From Macrostomum lignano (lineage: Eukaryota): a stretch of DNA of 64,000 nucleotides. The position numbers were made by a program, and so were the translations under genes. Below, in pieces: positions 36,182 to 48,286 of the stretch. Numbering within the stretch: position 1 is the first letter of the stretch; each line of letters starts with the position of its first letter. The notes below the pieces were generated by a model. It worked only from the letters and a program-made list of their open reading frames with translations. It made no database searches and was not told where the DNA came from. The DNA lies in NCBI GenBank assembly GCA_002269645.1, contig NIVC01000025.1, positions 310,001 to 374,000 of the forward strand, written 5' to 3'.

Positions 36182-39166
36182 TGCGACTCTGCTGGCGCCC
36201 CTGCTGCAACCGCTGGCGCCCCTGCTGCGTCTGCTGGCGCCCCTGCTGCAACCGCTGGCGCCCCTGCTGCGTCTGCTGGCACCCCTGCTCCAACCGATGG
36301 CGCCCCTGCTGCGACTGCTGGCGCCCCTGCTGCAATCGCTGGCGCCCCTGTTCCAGCCGTTGACGCACCGGCTGCGTCTGCTGGCGCCCCTGCTGCGACT
36401 GCTGCAATCGCTGGCGCCCCTGTTGCAGCCGTTGACGCCCCTGCTGCGTCTGCTGGCTCCCCTGATGTGGTGCCGGGCGTCCCTGCTGCGACTGCTGGCG
36501 CCCCTGCTGCGACTGCTGGCGCCCCTAATGCGGTACCGGGCGTCCCTGCTGCAATCGCTGGCGCCCCTGTTCCAGCCGTTGACGCACCGGCTGCGGCGGC
36601 TGGCGCCCCTGCTGCGTCTGCTGGCGCCCCTGCTGCGTCTGCTGGCGCCCCTGATGCGACTGCTGGCGCCCCTGATGTGGTGCCGGGCGCCCCTGCTGCG
36701 ACTGCTGGCGCCCCTGCTGCGACTGCTGGCGCCCCTGCTGCGACTGCTGGCGCCCCTGCTGCGACTGCTGGCGCCCCTGCTGCGACTGCTGGCGCCCCTG
36801 CTGCGACTGCTGGCGCCCCTGCTGCGACTGCTGGCGCCCCTGCTGCGGCGGCTAGCGCTGGCGTGGCAATTTCTGATGATCAAAAATTCCAAAGTCACCA
36901 TGGACCTGTACTTGATCTTGGTCTATACGTTGCCGGAGGTCGCTTGTCTGGTACACTGCGAGATGATCTGCGCTATCAGCTTCTGGTTGCTTCATGGACA
37001 CCACCACTCAACTACACAATGCCGCATACTGTTCGGGTGATCAATGGAAAGGCAGAGAAACGCTTCCTGAGGCATGAGCATCTACAGAAGTATCAATTTC
37101 TCTGCTATTCTGAAGTTCGTTCCGGCCTCTTCTGTCGCGTCTGCACGCTGTTCGGGCCTCCTACTGAGTCTGTTCGATGCCAGAAGCTTGGCTGCCTTGT
37201 GACGGTGCCCCTAAGTCGGTATGATCGGCTTTTTGGATCCAATGGCTACATCACTTCCCACGAGGCGACAGATTATCACAAAACGGCCACAGTTCGAGCG
37301 GCTGCCTTCAAACTGCATCTGACAGCTCGCACCAATGTTGTCAAACAACTGGATAGCAACAGGAAGCGACAGGCAGAGGAGAATCGCGAGCGTCTGCGGC
37401 CAATCGTGAAAACCATTCTTCTGTGTGGCAGGCAGAACATCCCGCTTCGTGGACATCGGGATGATGGACCACTTCTTGCTGAAGACTACAGCAAGTCACT
37501 GACAGCAGCAAGTTCGGGAAATTTTCGTGCTCTGCTGCAGTTCCGCATTGAGGCTGGCGACAAAGCGCTGCAGTGCCATCTTGAGAACACAGCTGCCAAT
37601 GCGACGTACATTTGCAAAACAACTCAAAATGACCTCATTGAAGCTGCTGGCTGCGTCATTCAGGAGACTCTGGCAGCTAGGGTGAAGGCAGCAAAATATT
37701 TCTCTGTGCTAGTAGACGAAACATGCGACATCTCTAAGAAAGAACAGATGGCAGTCGCTACACGGTATGTGGATGCGGACAACATCATCCGAGAAGATTT
37801 CCTTGGATTTGTGCACGTCACAGACCAATCTGGTGCAGCTATTGCTGCCTCGATTTTTGAATTCTTGGAGAAGCTGGGCATCGATCATCACCAGCTTGTC
37901 GGCCAAGGTTACGACGGCGCCGCTGCTATGCGGGGCCAGTTCAATGGTGCGCAAGCGCATGTGCAGCAGAAGTGTCCGTCAGCCCGCTACGTTCACTGTG
38001 CCAGCCATTGCCTGAATCTTGTTCTCGTCCACGCCTGCCAAGTTCCCAATGTTCGCAATGCTCTCGGCGTTGTGACAGAAGTTGTCAATTTCGTCGACGC
38101 AACACCAAAGCGCCTGAAGCTATTTGAGGACATTGCAAGCCAAAATGCTGGGACTGGTCGCCAACGTAGATTGCAGGCTCTGTGTGAAACACGATGGGTC
38201 GAACGACACGATGCTGTGCTAGTCTTCTTCCAGCACTTCGCCTCCATCGTCGACTTCCTCGAGTTCTGCGAGTCCAGCTCGACACTTGACGCGCGAACAA
38301 CAGCAAAGGCGCACATTCTGAAGGCAGCCTGCTCAACCCCGAATTTCATTGTGGCATTGAGCGTCATGCGTGAAGTTATGAGCGTAACGAAGCCGCTCTC
38401 CAGCTATCTACAGAAAGTTGGCATTGATCTCTTCATGGCTGACAAGCACATCCGAAGCGTTCGCAACGCATTGCAGAAGCGTCAGGAGGAGGCCGAGCAA
38501 TCTTTCAAAAGTGCGTGGTCGGCTGCGTGCGAAGCATCAGCTGCAGCAGGCGTTGAGTTGTGCGTTCCACGCTCACGCTGTGTTGCACGAGGCCGAGGTG
38601 GGCAGCCACATCACAGCGAAACACCTGAAGATCACTTTCGGCTCAGCACTTACTGTCCATTTCTGCAGCAGATCCTGGCTCAGTTCGACTGCCGCTTCAA
38701 TGAACAGAATTCCATGCTTCTGCGACTGACGTGTCTGCTTCCAAGGTACATCCAGCTGTACGATTTTGAAGATCTGAAGCCCGTTATTGAGCAGTTTGGC
38801 AGCTTTTTGGAAGGCAGCGACATTGTTGCTGGTGAGTTCGACTGCTGGAGGAACCTGTGGAAGGGCCAAAAATCAAGCCCGATGACAGACACGGCGATCA
38901 GTGCCCTGGCCGACTGCGACGCAAATTTCTTTCCAAACATTTTTGCACTGCTGAAAATTGCCGCAACACTGCCAATCACGACTGCCACCGTGGAGAGATT
39001 ATTCTCCAGCCTTCGCTTGCTGAAGACGTACCTGCGAGCCACAATGGACCAATCAAGGCTAGTGGGCTTGGCTCTGCTGTACATCCATTCCGACGTTGCA
39101 GTCGATCCAGATCGGGTCATCGATCGATTTTGCATGAGTAACCGCCGCACGGATTTTGCAGTGTAA
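36179..39166 (+). CDS. hAT transposase (PRKRIR/THAP12/ZMYM1-like), uninterrupted frame with N-terminal Ala-Gly-Pro repeats
   Basis: TTF-type Zn finger (LFCRVC..H), PLRGH, VDETCD, GQGYDGA, HCASHCLNL, CETRW, TVERLFSSLRLLKTYLRATMDQSRL (hAT dimerisation domain). No stop between 36179 and 39166; first in-frame ATG at 37019. Confidence 0.93.
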   Translation, partial: CCDSAGAPAATAGAPAASAGAPAATAGAPAASAGTPAPTDGAPAATAGAPAAIAGAPVPAVDAPAASAGAPAATAAIAGAPVAAVDAPAASAGSPDVVPGVPAATAGAPAATAGAPNAVPGVPAAIAGAPVPAVDAPAAAAGAPAASAGAPAASAGAPDATAGAPDVVPGAPAATAGAPAATAGAPAATAGAPAATAGAPAATAGAPAATAGAPAATAGAPAAAASAGVAISDDQKFQSHHGPVLDLGLYVAGGRLSGTLRDDLRYQLLVASWTPPLNYTMPHTVRVINGKAEKRFLRHEHLQKYQFLCYSEVRSGLFCRVCTLFGPPTESVRCQKLGCLVTVPLSRYDRLFGSNGYITSHEATDYHKTATVRAAAFKLHLTARTNVVKQLDSNRKRQAEENRERLRPIVKTILLCGRQNIPLRGHRDDGPLLAEDYSKSLTAASSGNFRALLQFRIEAGDKALQCHLENTAANATYICKTTQNDLIEAAGCVIQETLAARVKAAKYFSVLVDETCDISKKEQMAVATRYVDADNIIREDFLGFVHVTDQSGAAIAASIFEFLEKLGIDHHQLVGQGYDGAAAMRGQFNGAQAHVQQKCPSARYVHCASHCLNLVLVHACQVPNVRNALGVVTEVVNFVDATPKRLKLFEDIASQNAGTGRQRRLQALCETRWVERHDAVLVFFQHFASIVDFLEFCESSSTLDARTTAKAHILKAACSTPNFIVALSVMREVMSVTKPLSSYLQKVGIDLFMADKHIRSVRNALQKRQEEAEQSFKSAWSAACEASAAAGVELCVPRSRCVARGRGGQPHHSETPEDHFRLSTYCPFLQQILAQFDCRFNEQNSMLLRLTCLLPRYIQLYDFEDLKPVIEQFGSFLEGSDIVAGEFDCWRNLWKGQKSSPMTDTAISALADCDANFFPNIFALLKIAATLPITTATVERLFSSLRLLKTYLRATMDQSRLVGLALLYIHSDVAVDPDRVIDRFCMSNRRTDFAV

Positions 39167-39798
39167 ATTTTGCCACCCTTGCGTGACTCTGTAACTGTAA
39201 TTGATTCTGACTCTCAGTTTCTCTTCCATGTGCGCTGAATTACTTTTCCTCTCTCCCTTTTTCCTGGTTGATCCGGCCATTAAGCAACCAGAGGACCCAC
39301 TTGCATGGACCATTGACTAAGTTGTCGAAGCTGTAGTTTGGGGTTGGTAGAAGCTAGCGCAAAATTGTCTCAAAATTCTCGCAAAGTTATGAGCGCTGTA
39401 ATTCTTTGTTTGTTTCACTTTACCTAACAATTTTCTGAATTCCTGTCCATCTGTCATCAAAATCATGCATTGGTATGTCAAAAGTGCGAAATATACATTA
39501 CAATCTAATTATACGAGCACTAAATTCTATGCTGCAGTATACACTTGAAAAACTACTTTAGCTCTCGTTTGGTTCGTTTGGATTTCAACAAAATGCCAGT
39601 CGCTTGGACTCCTTGGATTTTAGGTTAGGTTCTAGGACCTTAGGACCTTAGGTTCTAGGTTAGACGCCAGCATGCGTAACTCTAACAGGCTTAGTTGCAT
39701 CTTCTGGCGGCCCTGGCGCCCCTATCTGTGATTGTCATTGGCGCCCCCTGACAGTCCGCCCCCCCCCCCCCCAAACAGAATTCCTAGATCCGCCACTG
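36182..39798 (+). mobile_element. hAT DNA transposon inserted in the 45-bp array, left end missing
   Basis: Right TIR CCTAGATCCGCCACTG ends at 39798, followed by TGCACAGT (expected 8-bp TSD) and the resumed array. GGCGCCC subterminal motifs present. No matching CAGTGGCGG on the left. Confidence 0.9.
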
Positions 39799-40205
39799 TG
39801 CACAGTCTTCTCCTACAGAGCTGACAGCTGGTGTGGGTGCTGATGCACAGTCTGCTCCTACAGAGCTGACAGCTGGTGTGGGTGCTGATGCACAGTCTGC
39901 TCCTACAGAGCTGACAGCTGGTGTGGGTGCTGATGCACAGTCTGCTCCTACAGAGCTGACAGCTGGTGTGGGTGCTGATGCACAGTCTGCTCCTACAGAG
40001 CTAACAGCTGGTGTGGGTGCTGATGCACAGTCTGCTCCTACAGAGCTAACAGCTGGTGTGGGTGCTGATGCACAGTCTGCTCCTACAGAGCTAACAGCTG
40101 GTGTGGGTGCTGATGCACAGTCTGCTCCTACAGAGCTAACAGCTGGTGTGGGTGCTGATGCACAGTCTGCTCCTACAGAGCTAACAGCTGGTGTGGGTGC
40201 TGAAC
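39799..40205. repeat. 45-bp minisatellite, right part
   Basis: Same unit as 35557..36181. Confidence 0.98.
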
Positions 40206-40733
40206 TCGGGACACAAGGGCCTTGATCAAGGAAACTGTTTGGTTTAAAGGTCATCCAATTAAAATTAAAAAGGAACTTAGGGTGGCCACAGCCGTCCTGC
40301 GAGTATTATGATCACCTTATTGGCAAGTGGGTTATAAAATAATATTATATTTAAGGCCGAGCAACTTCAAGGAAAAAAACGGCCAGGGAAACTTCTAAGA
40401 AGTGTCAAGTGGCCTGCTTTCTATATATTTTACCGATGAAAATCAAATGTAGCTCGTACACAGAGTATTTTATATAAGCCATTTTGTGCCTTGCTGTCTT
40501 TTTTATCGAGTCATTCACGCGTGCGGTGCTAAATTACATGTAGAGCATGTCTTTGTACGCATTTTCTACGCTTGCGACACTTACAAATACTACAAAGCGA
40601 AAAAAATAATATATTAAAATGTCAACTATGCTACTGAAAATCACTGTCAGTAGTTAAATGGGCGAGTTGTTTTCACCAAACTGTTAAAAAAGACAATTCA
40701 AGACTCCACATTAATTTTATTGTCTCGACGAAA

Positions 40734-43700
40734 TCAGACCATCGACTTGGACTTGTCGATTCTGACCCGACGTGTCAGGTAAAACCAGGCGACGGAGGAG
40801 GCCAGGTACAGCAAAGCCGACACCCAGGAGGTGGCCACCGACCAGCCGATGGACACGGTGCGGTAGGTGTCAGTGCAAAACTGGCGAATGGCAGAGCGGA
40901 ATTTTACAGAGAATCAATTTCCGGTTAAGGGACTTGAAAATATACGAGTAATTACCATGAAGATATACCGGAATTGGATAAACAGGCGTCACTGAGATAA
41001 ACCGGAATTGGATAAACAGGCATCACTGAGATAAACCGGAAGTGGATAAACAGGCGTCACTGAGATAAACTGGAAGTGGAGAAACAGGCATCACTGAGAT
41101 AAACCGGAAGTGGATAAACAGGCGTCACGGAGATAAACCGGAAGTGGATAAACAGGCGTCACGGAGATAAACCGGAAGTGGATAAACGGGCGTAACGGAG
41201 ATAAACCGGAAGGGATAAACAGGCATCACTGAGATAAACCGGAAGTGGATAAACAGGCATCACTGAGATAAACCGGAAGAGAATAAACAGGCATCACTGA
41301 GATAAACCGGAAGTGAATAAACAGGCGTCACGGAGATAAACCGGAAGTGGATAAACAGGCATCACTGAGATTAACCTAGCATTTATCAGGATCAATAAAC
41401 ATGGAGAAGCCTTGAAGCTTCAGCACGTACTTTTATTTTACTTAATTGTTTAACTTCTGTACCTGTCCTCTTGTCTGCTCAGTGGCTGTGCAAGCATCGC
41501 ATATATATTGACTGAATAGTTGCACAAATAAAATCTGCTGCAAAGGGGCCACGCCACGCCTTACGAATACAAAAATAGAGCTTTCTTTGAGTCTTGGCTT
41601 ACTATATATATAATCTCTTCTATAGTTGGGGCAGTACTTCAAAGAACAGTCAATTTTTAGTAACGATAGGAATCGGTTAAGACAGATCGATGACGAATTA
41701 CAAAGTTTTTTTAGGATTGTAATTGATAGTGTTTATTGCTTGTAGAGTACGAGCTGCAAGCAAAGGTTCATGCAGTTAAGTACTCCTATAGTTACTGTTT
41801 TAACTAAATGGAAAACTCTTTTATATATTACAGTAATAAACCCATACGACTCAAATTCCAAATAGCTCAAATCCCATAGTGCTTAAATCCCATAGTGCTC
41901 AAATCCCATAGTGCTCAAATTCCATAGTGCTCAAATCCCATTGTGCTCAAATCCCATAGTGCTCAAATCCCATAGTGCTCAAATCCCATAGTGCTCAAAT
42001 CCCATAGTGCTCAAATCCCATAGTGCTCAAATCCCATAGTGCTCAAATCCCATAGTGCTCAAATCCCATAGTGCTCAAATCCCATAGTGCTCAAATCCCA
42101 TAGTGCTCAAATCCCATAGTGCTCAAATCCCATAGTGCTCAAATCCCATAGTGCTCAAATCCCATAGTGCTCAAATCCCATAGTGCTCAAATCCCATAGT
42201 GCTCAAATCCCATAGTGCTGAAATCCCATACAGTGCTGAAATCCCATAGCACTCAAAGTTACCTGCTCAGGCGTTTTCACCAGGTTATAGCATGTGCACT
42301 GCGGGCACTCTTCAATCTGAGGTCGGCGAGTCATTCTTGAGGCCTTCTCGTGCTCGATGGAGTTGCTGAAGATCACAAAAATTCCTGCATGGAGTAGAGA
42401 TAAAAATAATAAGTCGAGTTTATGTGATTTTGCATAAAAAATGAGCAACATTTTTATCTTATCCGCACATCTAGAAACACATATCAGCACATCTAGACAC
42501 ATATCCGCACATCTAGACACACATATCCGTACATCTAGACACACATATCCGCACATCTAGACACAAATATCTGCACATCTAGACACACATATCCGCGCAT
42601 CTAGACACACATATCCGCACATCTAGACACACATATCCGCACATCTAGACACACATATCCGCACATCTAGACACACATATCCGCACATCTAGAAACACAT
42701 ATCCGCACATCTAGACACACATATCCGCACATCTAGAAACACATATCCGCACATCTAGACACATATCCGCACATCTAGACACATGCCCGCACATCTGGAC
42801 ACACGTATCCGCACATCTAGACACACATATCTGCACATCTACACACATATCCGCACATCTAGACACACATATCCGCACATCTAGACACACATATCCGCAC
42901 ATCTAGAAACACATATCCGCACATCTAGACACATATCCGCACATCTACACACATATCCGCACATCTAGACACACATATCCGCACATCTAGACACATATCC
43001 GCACATCTACACACATATCCGCACATCTAGACACACATATCTGCACATCTAGACACATGCCCGCACATCTAGACACACGTATCCGCACATCTAGACACAC
43101 ATACCCGCACATCTAGACACACATATCCGCCGCACATCTAGACACAAATACCTGCACATCTAGACACACGTATCCGCACATCTAGACACACATATCTGCA
43201 CATCTAGACACACATATCTGCACATCTAGACACAAATATCTGCACATCTAGACACATGCCCGCACATCTAGACACACATACCCGCACATCTACACACATA
43301 CCCGCACATCTAGACACACATACCCGCACATCTAGACACACATATCCGCACATCTAGACACAAATACCTGCACATCTAGACACACATACCCGCACATCTA
43401 GACACACATATCCGCACATCTAGACACAAATACCTGCACATCTAGACACACATATCCGCACATCTAGACACACGTATCCGCACATCTAGACACACATATC
43501 TGCACATCTAGACACACATATCTGCACATCTAGACACACATATCCGTACATCTAGACACACATATCCGCACATCTAGACACAAATACCTGCACATCTAGA
43601 CACACATATCCGCACATCTAGACACACATATCTGCACATCTAGACACACATATCCGCACATCTAGACACACATATCCGCACATCTAGACACACATATCTG

Positions 43701-46700
43701 CACATCTAGACACACATATCCGCACATCTAGACACACATATCCGCACATCTAGACACAAATACCTGCACATCTAGACACACATATCCGCACATCTAGACA
43801 CACATATCTGCACATCTAGACACACATATCCGCACATCTAGACACACTAAACCGCCAAGCTCACCAGCAGTGAGATGCAGGACTCCAGTCACCATAATCG
43901 AGGGCACAATTTTAGCCAGCACTCCAATCGTTCCAGTGATGACGGAGGAGATGACGCAGATGAGCACCACTATGCAGCAGGCCATCGTGTTGTTTTGCAT
44001 CTCTGCGATTAGGGTTTCATGAGCAAAATGCATTTCTGAGCTCGACAATTTAAAAGAATACTACTGCGATTCACTTTCTCCTTTGGATGACTTTAGAGAA
44101 GAATAGACGTCCACAATAAGACTCAGAAGCTAGTTTCGCCACAATAGGACTCAGGATTGGCGCCGCAATAGGACTCAGGATTGGCGCCGCAATAGGACTC
44201 AGGATTGGCGCCGCAATAGGACTCAGGATTGGCGCCGCATAAGGACTCAAGATTGGCGCCACAATAGGACTCAGGATTGGCGCCGCAATAGGACTCAGGA
44301 TTGGCGCCACTATAGGACTCGGGAGCTAGTGGCGCCATATTAGGACTCAGGAGCTAGTGGCGCCCCAATAGGACTCAGGATTGGCGCCATATTAGGACTC
44401 AGGAGCTAGTGGCGCCATAATAGGACTCAGGATTGGCGCCACAATAGGACTCAGGAGAGGCGCCACAATAGGACTCAGGATTGGCGCAACAATAGGACTC
44501 AGGATTGGCGCAACAATAGGACTCAGGAGAGGCGCCACAATAGGACTTGAGAGTGGCGCCACAATAGGACTTGAGAGTGGCGCCACAATAGGACTTGAGA
44601 GTGGCGCCACAACAGGACTTGAGAGTGGCGCCACAATAGGACTTGAGAGCGGCGCCACAACAGGACTTGAGAGCGGCGCCACAACAGGACTTGAGAGCGG
44701 CGCCACAACAGGACTTGAGAGCGGCGCCACAACAGGACTTGAGAGTGGCGCTACAATAGGACTGGATCAGGAGTGGCGCCAAAATAGGACTTGAGAGTGG
44801 CGCCACAATAGGACTTGAGAGTGGCGCCAAAATAGGACTTGAGAGTGGCGCCACAATAGGACTTGAGAGTGGCGCCACAATAGGACTTGAGAGTGGCGCT
44901 ACAATAGGACTTGAGAGTGGCGCCACAACAGGACTTGAGAGCGGCGCCACAACAGGACTTGAGAGCGGCGCCACAACAGGACTTGAGAGTGGCGCCACAA
45001 TAGGACTCAGGAGTGGCGCAACAATAGGACTGGATCAGGAGTGGCGCCACAATAGGACTTGAGAGTGGCGCCACAATAGGACTTGAGAGTGGCGCCAAAA
45101 TAGGACTTGAGAGTGGCGCCACAATAGGACTTGAGAGTGGCGCTACAATAGGACTTGAGAGTGGCGCCACAACAGGACTTGAGAGTGGCGCCACAACAGG
45201 ACTTGAGAGCGGCGCCACAACAGGACTTGAGAGCGGCGCCACAACAGGACTTGAGAGTGGCGCCACAATAGGACTCAGGAGTGGCGCAACAGTAGGACTC
45301 AGGAGCTATGAGTGGTAGCGTAACTGAGGGATCAAACTAAAGAAGTTAGTCAAACTTACTCATTATCTGCGACTCCGCAGTGTTTTCGGTGGCATCCAGA
45401 ATGTCCCTGGCGTTGGTGTAGCCAGAGATGTAGTCAAAGCAGCTGTTGTTGGTGATTAAAAAGCTGAAGTTTTTGCAGTAGGTGTCGTAATCTGCGTTCA
45501 GTGCATCTGAAATTTTTGAACGATTATCTGTTTTGTAGTCTGAATTGGAATCATTTCGGGACTACATGCAATCATATCGGGGCTGAATGGAATCATTTTG
45601 GTACTAATTGGCATCATATCGGGACTAATTGCAATCATTTCGGGACTAATTGGAATCATTTTCGGGACTAATTGGAATCATTTCGGGACTAATTGGAATC
45701 ATTTCGGGACTAATTGGAATCATTTGGGACTAAATTGCAATCATTTCGGGACTAATTGGAATCATTTCGGGACTAATTGGAATCATTTCGGGACTAATTG
45801 GAATCATTTCGGGACTAATTAGAATCATTTTTGGGACTAATTGGAATCATTTTCGGGACTAATTGGAATCATTTTCGGGACTAATTGGAATCATTTTCGG
45901 GACTAATTGGAATCATTTTCGGGACTAATTGGAATAATTTCGGGACTAATTAGAATCATTTTCGGGACTAATTGGAATCATTTTCGGGACTAATTGGAAT
46001 CATTTTGGGACTAATTAGAATCATTTTCGGGACTAATTGGAATCATTTTCGGGACTAATTGGAATAATTTCGGGACTAACAAGAATCACTTGGGGACTCT
46101 TAAACAAACCGTCAATAGGTTTACATTTAGATCAGTAAATATGATGTGACTGGCCCAGGTGCATTGGCGAGCACCTGAGAGGTCTGTTATAAATATTTCA
46201 TTTTATCAGCACCCGCTTCCGCGACGAAGTAGCGCGCACGGAAGGTGTGGGCCAGTGCGTTTAATAAATCAGGAAGCGGGCTGTCCTTCCTCAGGTCCTG
46301 TAAGCCTGTTTTCGATGAGTCGAAATTTTATATTTCCCGGCGCTGGAGCAGGGGATAGGCATAGCGGAGGCGTGACTTTGATGCAGCAGTTCACGCAGAG
46401 CAGTGTCCGCTTCCTTGAGTAGCTTTAATGAATCGGATTGAGTAGCTTAGGGAATCGGATTGAGTAGCTTAGGGAATCGGATTGAATAGCTTAGGGAATC
46501 TGATTGAGTAGCTTAGGGAATCGGATTGAGTAGCTTAGGGAATCGGATTGAGTAGCTTAGGGAATCGGATTGAATAGCTTAGGGAATCGAATTGAGTAGC
46601 TTAGGGAATCGGATTGAGTAGCTTAGGGAATCGGATTGAGTAGCTTAGGGAATCGGATTGAGTAGCTTAGGGAATCGGATTGAGTAGCTTAGGGAATCGG

Positions 46701-48286
46701 ATTGAGTAGCTTAGGGAATCGGATTGAGTAGCTTAGGGAATCGGATTGAGTAGCTTAGGGAATCGGATTGAGTAGCTTAGGGAATCGGATTGAGTAGCTT
46801 AGGGAATCGGATTGAGTAGCTTAGGGAATCGGATTGAGTAGCTTTAGTGAATCAGATTGAGTAGCTTTAGGGAATCGGATTGAGTAGCTTAGGGAATCGG
46901 ATTGAGTAGCTTAGGGAATCGGATTGAGTAGCTTAGGGAATCGGATTGAGTAGCTTAGGGAATCGGATTGAGTAGCTTAGGGAATCGGATTGAGTAGCTT
47001 AGGGAATCGGATTGAGTAGCTTAGGGAATCGGATTGAGTAGCTTAGGGAATCGGATTGAGTAGCTTAGGGAATCGGATTGAGTAGCTTAGGGAATCGGAT
47101 TGAGTAGCTTAGGGAATCGGATTGAGTAGCTTAGGGAATCGGATTGAGTAGCTTAGGGAATCGGATTGAGTAGCTTAGGGAATCGAATTGAGTAGCTTAG
47201 GGAATCGGATTGAGTAGCTTAGGGAATCGGATTGAGTAGCTTAGGGAATCGGATTGAGTAGCTTAGGGAATCGGATTGAGTAGCTTAGGGAATCGGATTG
47301 AGTAGCTTAGGGAATCGAATTGAGTAGCTTAGGGAATCGGATTGAGTAGCTTAGGGAATCGGATTGAGTAGCTTAGGGAATCGAATTGAGTAGCTTAGGA
47401 ATCGGATTGAGTAGCTTAGGGAATCGGATTGAGTAGCTTAGGGAATCGGATTGAGTAGCTTAGGGAATCGGATTGAGTAGCTTAGGGAATCGGATTGAGT
47501 AGCTTAGGGAATCGGATTGAGTAGCTTAGGGAATCGAATTGAGTAGCTTAGGGAATCGGATTGAGTAGCTTAGGGAATCGGATTGAGTAGCTTAGGGAAT
47601 CGGATTGAGTAGCTTAGGGAATCGGATTGAGTAGCTTAGGGAATCGGATTGAGTAGCTTAGGGAATCGGATTGAGTAGCTTAGGGAATCGGATTGAGTAG
47701 CTTAGGGAATCGGATTGAGTAGCTTAGGGCATCGGATTGAGTAGCTTAGGGAATCGGATTGAGTAGCTTAGGGAATCGGATTGAGTAGCTTAGGGAATCG
47801 GATTGAGTAGCTTAGGGAATCGGATTGAGTAGCTTAGGGAATCGGATTGAGTAGCTTAGGGAATCGGATTGAGTAGCTTAGGGAATCGGATTGAGTAGCT
47901 TAGGGAATCGGATTGAGTAGCTTAGGTCTGGTCTATTATAAACTCCATCACTCACCCTCAGTATTGACCCTGTCGCACAGGCTCCACAGGCTTGAGTAGA
48001 GGTTGAGCAGGCAGTAGCCGGTGCTGTTGGACGTCAGCAGGATCATACCAGTCAGCGTGGTCCTCTCCGCGTCCGAGTACAGCAGCTTCGGAGAGCCGTA
48101 GTAACTCGACGCCGATTGCATAACGCTGGTGTTCACCAAATTAAAGTTGAACGTCACGGCGTCCCAGTTGCTAGTGGCAACGCTGAGCACCAGGAACAGC
48201 AGGCTGACGGCTGAGAAACTCGACGCAACGGCGATCACTCCGATGCTGAACGTCTGGCAGGCCTTGGCTTCCGGGTTCTTCTGCAT
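40734..48286 (-). CDS. Claudin/PMP22-superfamily four-pass membrane protein; exons 47956..48286, 45360..45506, 43865..44002 (or ..44035), 42263..42384, 40734..40880; about 294 aa
   Basis: All introns GT-AG with consistent phases (1,1,1,0). TM1 followed by SNW, LWSLC in loop 1 with further Cys, two central TMs, and GWS..SWVSALLYLAS before TM4. In-frame stop upstream of the ATG; AATAAA just after the stop. Confidence 0.85.
40970..41372. repeat. 34-bp minisatellite (CACTGAGATAAACCGGAAGTGGATAAACAGGCRT)
   Basis: About 12 copies in the last intron. Confidence 0.95.
41860..42250. repeat. 16-bp minisatellite (TCAAATCCCATAGTGC)
   Basis: Near-perfect array. Confidence 0.97.
42460..43847. repeat. 22-bp minisatellite (CACATCTAGACACACATATCCG)
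   Basis: Fills almost the whole intron. Confidence 0.97.
44130..45305. repeat. 24-bp minisatellite (GGCGCCACAATAGGACTTGAGAGT)
   Basis: Array with a sequence gradient and higher-order duplication. Confidence 0.97.
45545..46095. repeat. 21-22-bp minisatellite (CGGGACTAATTGGAATCATTT)
   Basis: Visible periodicity. Confidence 0.96.
46430..47926. repeat. 22-bp minisatellite (GAGTAGCTTAGGGAATCGGATT)
   Basis: About 1.5 kb, nearly homogeneous. Confidence 0.98.
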
